A stretch of 64,000 nucleotides of DNA from contig OZ245002.1 of the NCBI GenBank assembly GCA_965223415.1, positions 1,376,001 to 1,440,000 of the forward strand, read 5' to 3'. Of the stretch, positions 55,766 through 64,000 are shown piece after piece; positions within the stretch are counted from its first letter, which is position 1, and the number at the start of each line of letters is the position of its first letter. The stretch comes from Myxococcota bacterium (GTDB taxonomy: Bacteria; Myxococcota_A; UBA9160; UBA6930). The notes below the pieces were generated by a model. The model ran no database searches and was not told the origin of the DNA. It saw nothing but the letters and a program-made list of their open reading frames with translations. The position numbers and the translations under genes are program-made.

Positions 55766-55836
55766 GAAACGGGGCCAGAGTTAAGAATTCAGTTCCCTCT
55801 GGGGAACTGAATTCTTAACTCTGGCCCCGTTTCTTA
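55763..55836. repeat. Perfect palindrome with 35-bp arms and 4-nt loop between convergent genes; may also act as a bidirectional terminator
   Basis: TAAGAAACGGGGCCAGAGTTAAGAATTCAGTTCCC-TCTG-exact reverse complement; the terminal TAA/TTA are the stop codons of both flanking genes. Confidence 0.9.
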
Positions 55837-56592
55837 ATCGAAGCTGGCGAGGGCGTCGGGGAGCTCGGCGAGGTCGCCGATGATGAGGTCGGGCTCCGGG
55901 CCTTCGTGGGCGCCCAGGGCTTCGTCGGGGTCGGAGATGCGGCGGGTGACCCAGGCGGTACGCATACCGACGGCGGCAGCCCCCGCCACGTCGGCCTTCA
56001 GGTTGTCGCCGACGTGGAGGGTCTCGTCGGGCTCCACACCGAGGGCCGCCAGCGTGGCGCGGAAGATCTCGGGGCGGGGCTTCCGCCAGCCGGTGGCGTC
56101 GGACACGACCACGACGTCGAAGTGCCAGCGCAGCCGGGCGTCCTCGAGCACCCGGAAGGCGGTCTGGCTGTGGGAGAAGTTGGAGCAGACGGCCAGACGC
56201 GCCGCGCCGCCCAGCGCCTCCATCACCTCGGGATGGTGGTCGAGGGCACTCACCTGCTCCCGGAGCATGGCCATGTGGGTCGCCGTCAGCCGCTCGGCCA
56301 GGTCCGGGGCGCGCTCGGCGCCGGGCAGCCAGGGCAGCAGGCGCTCGAAGCGCTCGAGGGTGGGCAGCTCGCGCCCCTGGTCGTAGCGGGACTTGCGCAG
56401 CTCGCTATCGAGGGCGAAGACCGTGTCGGCGAAGTCCTCGAGGCTCATGTCGACGAACTCGCTCACCACTTCGTGCAGCGCCCCCAGGCTCGAGGGGAAC
56501 TCGTGCTGCCGCACGCGGACCTTCGGGAGGCCCTCCATCGAGAGGTCCACCAGCGTGTCGAACAGGTCGAAGACGACGGCGCGGATCGGCAC
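55834..56592 (-). CDS. HAD-superfamily hydrolase
   Basis: FDLFDTL, CSN, RKPRPEIF and HVGDNLKADVAGA. Confidence 0.9.
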   Translation of the reverse strand: MPIRAVVFDLFDTLVDLSMEGLPKVRVRQHEFPSSLGALHEVVSEFVDMSLEDFADTVFALDSELRKSRYDQGRELPTLERFERLLPWLPGAERAPDLAERLTATHMAMLREQVSALDHHPEVMEALGGAARLAVCSNFSHSQTAFRVLEDARLRWHFDVVVVSDATGWRKPRPEIFRATLAALGVEPDETLHVGDNLKADVAGAAAVGMRTAWVTRRISDPDEALGAHEGPEPDLIIGDLAELPDALASFD

Positions 56593-56608
56593 GGGGCGAG
56601 CGTAGCCG

Positions 56609-57580
56609 CTAGGAGCCCGAGACGATGCGCCGCAGCTCGGGCCAGGCCAGGTTGCCGCCGGAGAGCACGAGCACGACCTGCCTCCCGGCGAGCTCGTCGC
56701 GACGAGCGAGAGCCGCCGCCAGCGCCGCCGCGCCCGCGTGCTCCGCGACGTGGCGGGTGTGCTCCAGCAGCAGCCGGATCGCCTCTTCCAGGGCCGCGTC
56801 GCTCACCAGGACGAAATCGGCGAGACCGACCGCGGGATCCCGCATGATGCGCTGGGTGTCTTCGAAGGGCACTCGCGTGGCCAGGCCTTCGGCCAGCGTC
56901 TCCATCGGCGAGGGCACGGGCCGGCCCTCCTTCCAGCTGCGCTGCATGGTCGGCGCGGCCTCGGCCTGGACGCCGATCACCCGGGTCGCCGGGCTGCGCG
57001 CGCCGGCGACGATTCCGCAGCCGCAGGCGCCGCTCCCGGCGCCGACCGGCACGAACAGGGCGTCCGGCGCCGGCAGGGCGTCGAAGACCTCCACCGCGTA
57101 GGTGCCGACGCCGCAGATCAGCTCCGCATCGGTGGGCCCGATGAAGCGCGCTCCCTCGTCCCGGGCCCGGCCCTGGATCCACTCCCGTGCTTCGTCGAAG
57201 TCCGCGCCGTGGAGCAACACCTCGGCACCGAGGGCGCGCATCGCGGCGACCTTCGCCGGGTTCGCGGCGCGGGGCGCGGCCACCGTCACCGGCGTGCCGG
57301 TCGCCTGCCCGCCGAACGCGACCGACTGCCCGTGGTTGCCGGTCGACGCCGTGAAGAGGCCCGCCCGCCTCTCTTCCTTGCCGAGGGTCGACGCCAGGTA
57401 CACGCCGCCGCGCACCTTGAAGGCGCCGGTGGGCAGATGGCTCTCGTACTTCACCCACACGTCGGCGCCGAGGAGCTCCGAGAGGCCGGGAGACGGCCAC
57501 AGGGGCGTCGGCCGCAGGTGCGCGTAGACGGCAGGGCGCGCGCGAACGATGTCCCGGTAGCTGGGCCGCCCCTCGGTCAT
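56609..57580 (-). CDS. PLP-dependent threonine/serine dehydratase family protein
   Basis: KYESHLPTGAFKVRGG, ASTGNHG, VPVGAGSG and LSGGN. Confidence 0.92.
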   Translation of the reverse strand: MTEGRPSYRDIVRARPAVYAHLRPTPLWPSPGLSELLGADVWVKYESHLPTGAFKVRGGVYLASTLGKEERRAGLFTASTGNHGQSVAFGGQATGTPVTVAAPRAANPAKVAAMRALGAEVLLHGADFDEAREWIQGRARDEGARFIGPTDAELICGVGTYAVEVFDALPAPDALFVPVGAGSGACGCGIVAGARSPATRVIGVQAEAAPTMQRSWKEGRPVPSPMETLAEGLATRVPFEDTQRIMRDPAVGLADFVLVSDAALEEAIRLLLEHTRHVAEHAGAAALAAALARRDELAGRQVVLVLSGGNLAWPELRRIVSGS

Positions 57581-57589
57581 CGCTGGACG

Positions 57590-58549
57590 CTAGTCGCGTG
57601 GGATCAAACCTTCCAGGCCCGCCGCCCGGATGCGTCGGCGAAGCGTCGTGCGCGCCATGCCGAGGCGACGCGCGGCCCGGGAGACGTTTCCACCGGTCTC
57701 GCGCAGGGTGGCCACGATCGGGTCGTCCGGCCGGCCCGCCCCGGTCTCGGGCGGGCCAGGGCGGCGGGGCTCGCAACGGGCCAGCTCCGGCAGATCGAGG
57801 CAGGGCCCCGGGGCCCACACCAGGAGCCGCTCCAGCAGGTTGCTGAGCTCCCGCACGTTGCCGCGCCAGGGCCTCTCGGCGAGCGCCCGCAGGAGCCGCG
57901 GCGTCGCCGCGGGCACCGGGAGGCCCAGCCGGGGGGCGATCCGTGCCAGCGCGTCCTCCACCAGCAGGGGGAGGTCCTCGGGCCGCTCGCGAAGGGGCGG
58001 CAGGTCGATACGCAGCACGTCGAGGCGGTGGAACAGATCGGCGCGGAAGCACCCGGCGGCCACGGCCCGCTCCAGCGGGAGGTTCGTCGCCGCGACGATC
58101 CGCGCGTCCAGGGTGCGAGGCGTGCAGCTGCCGACCCGCTCGAAGCGGCGCTCCTGCAGGACGCGCAGCAGCCGCGTCTGGCCGCGGGGAGAGAGCTCGC
58201 CGATCTCGTCGAGGAAGAGCGTGCCGCGGCCGGCCGTCTCGAAGCGTCCGATCCCGGCGGCGACCGCTCCCGTGAAGGCCCCGCGCTCGTGCCCGAAGAG
58301 CTCCGCCTCGAGCAGCCCCTCGGCGAGGGCGCCGCAGTCGACGTGGACGAAGGGCGCCGCCGCCCGCGGCGAACGGGCGTGGAGCTCGCGGGCGAGGACG
58401 CCCTTGCCGGTGCCCGTCTCGCCGGTGATCAGGACCGTCGAGTCGAGGGCCGCCGCGTGGACCAGCCGACGACGGACCTCTCGGGCGGCCCTTCCAGCAC
58501 CGAGCCAGCGATCCTCCACGCACGCTCCTGCCCCCTCGGCCCCGAGCAT
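57590..58549 (-). CDS. Sigma54 enhancer-binding protein without an N-terminal sensor domain (AAA+ plus Fis HTH)
   Basis: GETGTGKG, ELFGHERGAFTGA, LFLDEIGE, WRGNVRELSN and GNVSRAARRLG; start at 58549 or 58522. Confidence 0.88.
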   Translation of the reverse strand: MLGAEGAGACVEDRWLGAGRAAREVRRRLVHAAALDSTVLITGETGTGKGVLARELHARSPRAAAPFVHVDCGALAEGLLEAELFGHERGAFTGAVAAGIGRFETAGRGTLFLDEIGELSPRGQTRLLRVLQERRFERVGSCTPRTLDARIVAATNLPLERAVAAGCFRADLFHRLDVLRIDLPPLRERPEDLPLLVEDALARIAPRLGLPVPAATPRLLRALAERPWRGNVRELSNLLERLLVWAPGPCLDLPELARCEPRRPGPPETGAGRPDDPIVATLRETGGNVSRAARRLGMARTTLRRRIRAAGLEGLIPRD

Positions 58550-58647
58550 GCAGTCGACTCCGCGGCGGGGAAACGGGCGTCCCCGCGAGATCCCGTCCCG
58601 GCCCTGCCGGCGAGGGCGTGCTCGCGGGTGCGAGGAATCGGCGCCGA

Positions 58648-59541
58648 TCAGGCGGCCAGGCCGTGCTCGCTCTTCAGGCGGGCGATCCGCTCGTCGAGAG
58701 GCGGGTGGCTCGCCATCAGCCGGGCCAGGCCGGAGCGGACACCACCGGAGATCCCGAACGCGCCGAGCTGCTCCGGCAGCTCCTCCTGGGGCCCGGCCTT
58801 GAGCCGCTCCAGCGCCGCGATCATCTTGGGCGCCCCGGCCAGGCGCGCGCCGCCGGCGTCGGCCCGGAACTCCCGCTGCCGGGAGAACCAGAAGACGAGG
58901 ATGCTGGCCAGGATGCCGAGCGCGATCTGGGCCACGATCACGACGACGAAGTAGCCCGGCCCGTAGCCGCGCTCGGTGCGGAAGACCGTGCGGTCGACGA
59001 CGTGGCCGATGGCGCGCGCCAGGAAGATCACGAACGTGTTCACGACGCCCTGGATGAGCGCGAGGGTGACCATGTCGCCGTTGGCGACGTGGCTCACCTC
59101 GTGGGCGAGCACCGCCTCCACCTCCTCCTTGCGCATGCCGCGCAGCAGGCCCGTGCTGACGGCGACGAGCGCGTGGTCGCGACGCGCGCCGGTGGCGAAG
59201 GCGTTCGGCTCCGGCGCGTCGTAGACCGCCACCTCCGGCATGCCGATGCCCGCCGCGTCGGCCTGCTGGCGCACCGTCTCGACCAGCCAGGTCTCGGCCT
59301 GTCCACTGGGCTCGCTGATCACCTGGGCGCCGGTGAGGCGCCGCGCCGTCCACTTCGACATCGCCAGGGAGATGAAGGAGCCGCCCATGCCGAAGACGGC
59401 GGCGAAGAGCAGCATCGATGGCAGGTTCATCTCGACGCCCTGCTCGTCGAGGAAGCCCTCGAAGCCGACCAGCTGGAGCACGACCGAGAGGACCAGGATG
59501 ACGGCGATGTTCGTGGCGAGGAACAGCAGGACGCGTTTCAT
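58648..59541 (-). CDS. htpX: Membrane zinc metalloprotease HtpX
   Basis: [55 protein letters not shown] and SHPPLDERI. Confidence 0.95.
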   Translation of the reverse strand: MKRVLLFLATNIAVILVLSVVLQLVGFEGFLDEQGVEMNLPSMLLFAAVFGMGGSFISLAMSKWTARRLTGAQVISEPSGQAETWLVETVRQQADAAGIGMPEVAVYDAPEPNAFATGARRDHALVAVSTGLLRGMRKEEVEAVLAHEVSHVANGDMVTLALIQGVVNTFVIFLARAIGHVVDRTVFRTERGYGPGYFVVVIVAQIALGILASILVFWFSRQREFRADAGGARLAGAPKMIAALERLKAGPQEELPEQLGAFGISGGVRSGLARLMASHPPLDERIARLKSEHGLAA

Positions 59542-59637
59542 CGAAAGGGAGTCTCCGTGGGCGCGCACCGGAACGGGCAAGAGTTGGGATGCCCGCGCCG
59601 GCCTCGCGGTTCGGGGGTTCGGGAAGTGGCTCGCGAA

Positions 59638-59665
59638 AGATGGGGCGCGAGCCGAGCACGTCAAG
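59638..59665 (-). promoter_or_regulatory. Sigma32 (RpoH)-type promoter of htpX
   Basis: Minus strand CTTGAC-N14-CCCCATCT versus consensus CTTGAA-N13-17-CCCCATNT. Confidence 0.65.
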
Positions 59666-59678
59666 CCCCGCGGGGCCG

Positions 59679-59987
59679 TCAGCTCCCGCCGCCGAGCCTC
59701 TTGAAGACCGCGTCCGGGGTCTCGGGCTCGCCGGACGCATCCAGGCTGCCCAGACCTGCGGCGATCTCCGTGCAGGTCGGCCCGCCGTCCTCGATGCCCC
59801 GGGTCGCCAGCTCCGGCGGAAGCACACGCTCGAGAACGACCCGCATCTGCTCGCTGGTGACCGTGCGGGCCTCGAGACCGGCCTGCTTCAGGGCGAGGCG
59901 CACGGTTCCACGTGCGGCCAGGCGGTCCAGGTCGGTCAGGGTCTCTAGCTTTGTGCAGACGAAATCGAACGCCGGCGAATCCGCCAT
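59679..59987 (-). CDS. Small helical hypothetical protein
   Basis: [24 protein letters not shown]...[19 protein letters not shown]... Confidence 0.7.
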   Translation of the reverse strand: MADSPAFDFVCTKLETLTDLDRLAARGTVRLALKQAGLEARTVTSEQMRVVLERVLPPELATRGIEDGGPTCTEIAAGLGSLDASGEPETPDAVFKRLGGGS

Positions 59988-60109
59988 CCGCCCCTCCTGC
60001 CGCGCGGTGCGTCGTGGATCCATTCGGGCGAATCGCGGCCCGACTTGAGGACGTCGCGGCGATAGCTGCCGCCTCGTGGAGGTGCCGTAGGGTATCTTCC
60101 GGCCCGCTC

Positions 60110-60763
60110 ATGGCCCTTCGCCCCCTCGGATCCGTCGGCGGCCTCCTCGTCCTCGCCCTCCTCGGCCTGGCCTGCGCGGGCCCGACCGTGGCAGAAAAGG
60201 CCCAACGAAAAAAGGAGATCCGCGCCCGCTGGGAGGTCGAGGTCTCGCTGCTCGAGGAGATCGGCCCCTATCGGGCGGCCACCCTGACGGGGCGCAAGGG
60301 CTCGTGGCGCCTGTTCTTTCCGCGAGCCGGGAGCTGTGAAGCCCTGCTCCGGCCCGGCGCGCCGGTGGTCTATCGCTTCGAGGGCCCCTTCGGCGTGCTG
60401 CGCGGAGAGGCCGGCGAGCGCTGCACGCCGGTGGGCGTGGGCTCGCTGCGGGCCTGGCGGGACGAGCAGCCCCGGCGCCGCTCCCAGTACCTGCAGCCCC
60501 GGGAGCAGGCCCGCTTCCGCACCCTCCACCGGGGCGAGGGCCATCTGCTGCTGCGCGGCGCCTTCCCGCTGGCCCTGGAGATCCGCTGGCCCGAGCCCAT
60601 GGATTCGGTGGCGGTCCTCCCGGCCACGCCCGAATGCGAGGCGCTGCTGGGCCGCAGCAAGGCCACCATGGCGTTCCGGGCCAGCGGCCCGGACGTGTTC
60701 GTGCTCGAGAGCGAGCAGGGACCGTGCCCGATCGTCGGGCTGGCCCTGCCCCTCGGGCTGTGA
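60110..60763 (+). CDS. Putative lipoprotein
   Basis: Signal peptide ending LLGLAC; four additional Cys. Confidence 0.7.
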   Translation: MALRPLGSVGGLLVLALLGLACAGPTVAEKAQRKKEIRARWEVEVSLLEEIGPYRAATLTGRKGSWRLFFPRAGSCEALLRPGAPVVYRFEGPFGVLRGEAGERCTPVGVGSLRAWRDEQPRRRSQYLQPREQARFRTLHRGEGHLLLRGAFPLALEIRWPEPMDSVAVLPATPECEALLGRSKATMAFRASGPDVFVLESEQGPCPIVGLALPLGL

Positions 60764-60781
60764 ACGGAGGAGGAAGACGAC

Positions 60782-61531
60782 ATGCGACTGCGTCAGATCG
60801 CGCTGGTGGCGAGCGAGCTCGACCCGGTGGTCGAGGAGCTGTGCGCCGTGCTCGGCATCGAGGTCGGATTCCACGATCCCGGCGTCGAGGTCTTCGGCCT
60901 GGTCAACGCAGTGATGCCGGTGGGCGACACCTTCCTCGAGGTGGTGGTGCCGAATCGCGAAGGCACCACCGCCGGGCGGCTGCTCGAGCGCCGCCGCGGC
61001 GACGGTGGCTACATGGTGATCGTCCAGAGCCAGGCGAAGGACGAGGACCGCAGGCGGGTCGACGAGCTCGGCGTGCGCGTCGTCTACGAGGCGACGCTCC
61101 CCGGTGCCCACGGCATCCACCTGCACCCACGCGATGTCGGCGGCGCCATCCTCTCGATCGACTGGATGGACCCGCCGAGCTCCTGGAAGTGGGGCGGGCC
61201 CGGCTGGGAGTCGAAGGTCCGGGCCGACACGTCCCGCGAGATCGTCGGCGCGGACCTGCAGGCGGACGACCCGGAGGCCATGGCCACGCGCTGGGCCGAG
61301 GTGATGGGCCAGAAGGCGCGGGCGGGGGGAGACGGCGCGTTCCGCATCGACCTCGACGAGGGCGGCTTCGTGCGGTTCCACCCGCCGCGGGACGAGCGCG
61401 GCGAGGGCGTCTCGGGCCTGACGATCGCCGCGGCGGATCCGGAGCGGCTGCGCGCCGAGGCAGCGAAGCGCGGCTGCGTGGACGCCGACGGCGACGTGGC
61501 GATCTGCGGCGTCAAGATCGGCATCGCTTGA
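60782..61531 (+). CDS. Glyoxalase-like/VOC protein
   Basis: MRLRQIALVA, DPGVEVFGLVNA, TFLEVV, GDGGYMVI and HLHPRDVGG; strong RBS. Confidence 0.82.
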   Translation: MRLRQIALVASELDPVVEELCAVLGIEVGFHDPGVEVFGLVNAVMPVGDTFLEVVVPNREGTTAGRLLERRRGDGGYMVIVQSQAKDEDRRRVDELGVRVVYEATLPGAHGIHLHPRDVGGAILSIDWMDPPSSWKWGGPGWESKVRADTSREIVGADLQADDPEAMATRWAEVMGQKARAGGDGAFRIDLDEGGFVRFHPPRDERGEGVSGLTIAAADPERLRAEAAKRGCVDADGDVAICGVKIGIA

Positions 61532-62013
61532 GCGAGCGCATCCAGCTCGCCGACCTGCGCATCCGGAACGACGCCGAGGCCCTGCTGGCCGTCCTGGACA
61601 GCTACGTGCAGGATCCGATCATCGCCGGTGCACCGTTCGACCCGGAGGTGCGCGAGCAGCTCGTCCCCGCGCTCCTCGCCCACCCGACCACCCTCGTGTG
61701 GATCGCCCGCGAGGAGGCGCAGCCGGTCGGTGCGCTCGTGGGCTTCCTCGGCTTCTCGACCTTCCGCGCGAAGCCGCTGCTCAACGTCCACGATCTGGCC
61801 GTCGTCCCCGAGCGGCGAGGCCAGCAGCTGGGCGAGCGCCTTCTCGCCACCGCCGAGGCCCACGCCCGCAGCCTCGGCTGCTGCAAGCTCACCCTCGAGG
61901 TGCAGGAGCGCAACGAGCGCGCCCTGGCCCTCTACCATCGCGTCGGCTTCGGGCACTTCGCCCCGGGCGTGGAGCAGAACCCGACCGCCTTCCTGGAGAA
62001 GCCCCTGTCATGA
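61528..62013 (+). CDS. GNAT family N-acetyltransferase
   Basis: FSTFRAKPLLNVHDLAV, RRGQQLG and CCKLTLEV..N..A..LY...GF; TTGA overlap. Confidence 0.88.
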   Translation: MSERIQLADLRIRNDAEALLAVLDSYVQDPIIAGAPFDPEVREQLVPALLAHPTTLVWIAREEAQPVGALVGFLGFSTFRAKPLLNVHDLAVVPERRGQQLGERLLATAEAHARSLGCCKLTLEVQERNERALALYHRVGFGHFAPGVEQNPTAFLEKPLS

Positions 62014-62540
62014 GCGACGCCGTCAAGATCTGTCCCTCCTGTGGCGACGAGTTCCAGCCCTGGGTCGAGCTGTGCCCGGACTGCCACGTGCCGCTCCAGA
62101 TGGGCAGCGGCGAGAGCGCCCCCGACGTCGGCTCGGAGCTGCCCCCGCCCACCGAGCTCGAGTGCGTCGCCACGGGCGGCCCCTGGCAGACCCGCGCCCT
62201 CGCCGAGCGCCTCCAGGAGGAGGGCATCGGCTGCCGCATCGACGCCTACCCGCCGGACACCGACATCGACACCGACGGCGGCAACGTCGCCGGCCGCTTC
62301 GGCCAGGCCGGCCGCGGCGTGAACCTCGGCGTCTACGTGACCCGCGCCGACCAGCCGCGCGCCGCGGAGATCGTGGCGGACGCGCGCACCGAGGAGCTCC
62401 CGGAGCTCGACGGCATGGAGATGCCCGAGCCGGGCAGCGAGCTCGACGCCTGCCCGGGCTGCGGCGAGCCCCTGGCCGCAGACGCGACGGGCTGCAGCGA
62501 GTGCGGACTCGAGTTCCCGGAGTTCGAGGCGGAGGAGTAG
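62010..62540 (+). CDS. Double zinc-ribbon protein with central DUF2007-like domain
   Basis: CPSC..CPDC at the N-terminus and CPGC..CSEC at the C-terminus; ATGA overlap. Confidence 0.75.
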   Translation: MSDAVKICPSCGDEFQPWVELCPDCHVPLQMGSGESAPDVGSELPPPTELECVATGGPWQTRALAERLQEEGIGCRIDAYPPDTDIDTDGGNVAGRFGQAGRGVNLGVYVTRADQPRAAEIVADARTEELPELDGMEMPEPGSELDACPGCGEPLAADATGCSECGLEFPEFEAEE

Positions 62541-62541
62541 G

Positions 62542-63387
62542 TCAGCGGCCGGGCGGGTCGGACGACGTGTCGGGCCACTCGCCCCGGAACACCTCCACCG
62601 TCGGGCCGTCGAGCCAGGCCTCCTGGCCGGGGCCTTCCCAGGCCACGCGGAGCATGCCGCCCGGCAGCTCGATCTCCACCTCGGGACCCGTGCGTCCCGC
62701 CACCCGTGCGGCGACGGCGCAAGCCGTGCTGCCCGTGCCGGAGGACGGCGTCTCGCCCTCGCCGCGCTCGAACACGCGGGCGCGCAGGCGGCCTTCGTCC
62801 AGCACGTTCACCACCTCGAAGTTCACCTGGTCCGGGAAGCGCGGATGGGCCTGCACCTCGGGGCCGAGATCGGCCAGGGGAAGGTCGGCGACCGGGATGT
62901 CGGAGAGGTGCACCGCGTGGGGATTGCCGACGGAGAGGATCGTCACGGCGAGGGAGCCACTCGCGAGCGAGAGGGCCTCGTCGCCTTCGACCTCCGGCAC
63001 GCCCATCGCGACGCGACCCGCGCACACGACGCCGTCCTCGAAGCGGGGCCACACGACCCGAAGGCCCGCCTCGGTCTCGACCCGCAGGCCGCCGTCCGGG
63101 GCCGACGCCACGAGCTTGCGGTCGAGGACGAACTTGGCGAACAGGCGCACGCCGTTGCCGCTCATCTCCGCCTCGCTGCCGTCCGAGTTGAAGACGCGCA
63201 TGCGGATGGCGGCCTCGGCGATGCGCGGCGGCCGGGCCACCACCAGGCCGTCGGATCCCACGCCGGTGTGGGGGGCGGCCACGGCGCGGGCCAGCCGGGG
63301 CCAGTCGAAGTCCGGCGGTCGGGAGCGCCCGTCGACCGCCAGGTAGGCGTTTCCGGCGCCGTGGAGCTTCGCGAAGGGGATCGGCAC
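62542..63387 (-). CDS. dapF: Diaminopimelate epimerase homolog with Ser/Ser catalytic pair
   Basis: FAKLHGAGNAY, GVGSDG, NSDGSEAEMSGNG, VGNPHAV, FPDQVNFE and ERGEGETPSSGTG. Confidence 0.88.
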   Translation of the reverse strand: MPIPFAKLHGAGNAYLAVDGRSRPPDFDWPRLARAVAAPHTGVGSDGLVVARPPRIAEAAIRMRVFNSDGSEAEMSGNGVRLFAKFVLDRKLVASAPDGGLRVETEAGLRVVWPRFEDGVVCAGRVAMGVPEVEGDEALSLASGSLAVTILSVGNPHAVHLSDIPVADLPLADLGPEVQAHPRFPDQVNFEVVNVLDEGRLRARVFERGEGETPSSGTGSTACAVAARVAGRTGPEVEIELPGGMLRVAWEGPGQEAWLDGPTVEVFRGEWPDTSSDPPGR

Positions 63388-63422
63388 GGCGCGAGTCTAT
63401 CGTCTGGTAAGCTCGCGCGGCT

Positions 63423-64000
63423 TTGCCCCAGGACGTCCACAGGATCGAGAGCGACGGCCGCACGGTGATCGTGGTCGGCACCGCCCACATCTCCCGGGAA
63501 TCGGTCGAGCAGGTCCGGGAGACGATCGAACGGGAGGAGCCCGACCGGGTGTGCATCGAGCTGGACGAGCGTCGCTTCGAGGCGCTCTCGAAACCCCAGC
63601 GCTTCGACTCCCTCGACCTGAAGGAGATCATCCGCAGCCAGCAGCTCGCCACGCTGATGATGAACCTGCTGCTCTCGGCCTATCAACGGACGCTGGGCCT
63701 GCAGCTCGGCGTGAAGCCAGGCAGCGAGCTGCTCGAGGCCGCGGAGGTCGCGGCGGCCCAGGGCATCCCGATCGCATTGGTCGATCGGGACGTGCGCATC
63801 ACCTTGCGGCGGGCCTGGAAGGCGCTCTCCTGGTGGCACAAGGCCATGCTCCTCTCGTCGATCCTGGGCGGGCTGTTCGAGAAGCAGGAGCTCAGCGAGG
63901 ACGACCTGCGCGAGCTGCGCCAGGAGGACGTGCTCTCGCGCTTGATGGCGGAGCTGGGCGAGGCCTTCCCCGGCCTGAAGAGCGTGCTGATCGACGAGCG
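63423..64000 (+). CDS. TraB/PrgY (TraB/GumN) family protein, runs off window end
   Basis: Hand translation from TTG 63423: LPQDVHRIE...VVGTAHISRESV...PDRVCIELDERR...GVKPGSEL...LVDRDVRITLRRAW...LIDE. Confidence 0.85.
   Translation, partial: MPQDVHRIESDGRTVIVVGTAHISRESVEQVRETIEREEPDRVCIELDERRFEALSKPQRFDSLDLKEIIRSQQLATLMMNLLLSAYQRTLGLQLGVKPGSELLEAAEVAAAQGIPIALVDRDVRITLRRAWKALSWWHKAMLLSSILGGLFEKQELSEDDLRELRQEDVLSRLMAELGEAFPGLKSVLIDE

Noticed and set aside
1..64000. Many long Arg/Pro/Gly/Ala-rich ORFs in the six-frame track (e.g. 8338-11091 +, 16315-18627 -, 27656-29980 +, 36430-39012 +, 56738-58954 +)
   Set aside because: Shadow or antisense frames of real genes in very high-GC DNA; no recognisable motifs.
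1..64000. CRISPR array, tRNA or rRNA genes
   Set aside because: No regularly spaced repeat-spacer pattern, cloverleaf or rRNA signature seen by eye; a covariance-model scan would be needed to exclude small RNAs.
63423..64000. TraB as evidence of a conjugative element
   Set aside because: This is the TraB/PrgY/GumN family, commonly chromosomal; no conjugation genes are in the window.

Overview
A 64-kb, very GC-rich bacterial chromosomal window with about 56 real CDSs; most of the six-frame ORF track is antisense or shadow noise. The gene content (many amidohydrolases, GSTs, a P450, acyl-CoA ligases, DUF3604, sigma54 activators) would fit an uncultured Myxococcota-like organism, but the sequence alone cannot prove this. 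No rRNA, tRNA or CRISPR array was seen. Main observations: (1) An approximately 21-kb locus (29977-51472) encodes 5 glycosyltransferases, 3 maltokinase-like kinase domains, an ABC exporter, an AlgE-like porin and a secreted repeat protein. It has two sigma54 promoters that share a tandem enhancer-like motif, and sits beside a sigma54 response regulator, a membrane histidine kinase, a dockerin-bearing protein and an Lnt. It is a candidate undescribed phospho-glycan secretion system. (2) A 2556-bp IS256-family element with bipartite inverted repeats and an 8-bp target duplication carries a TPR passenger gene and splits a VOC dioxygenase gene. (3) The DapF homolog has Ser in place of both catalytic Cys. 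(4) Two perfect 32-35 bp palindromes lie at gene ends. (5) Several operators and promoters can be read directly (TetR, ArsR, sigma32).
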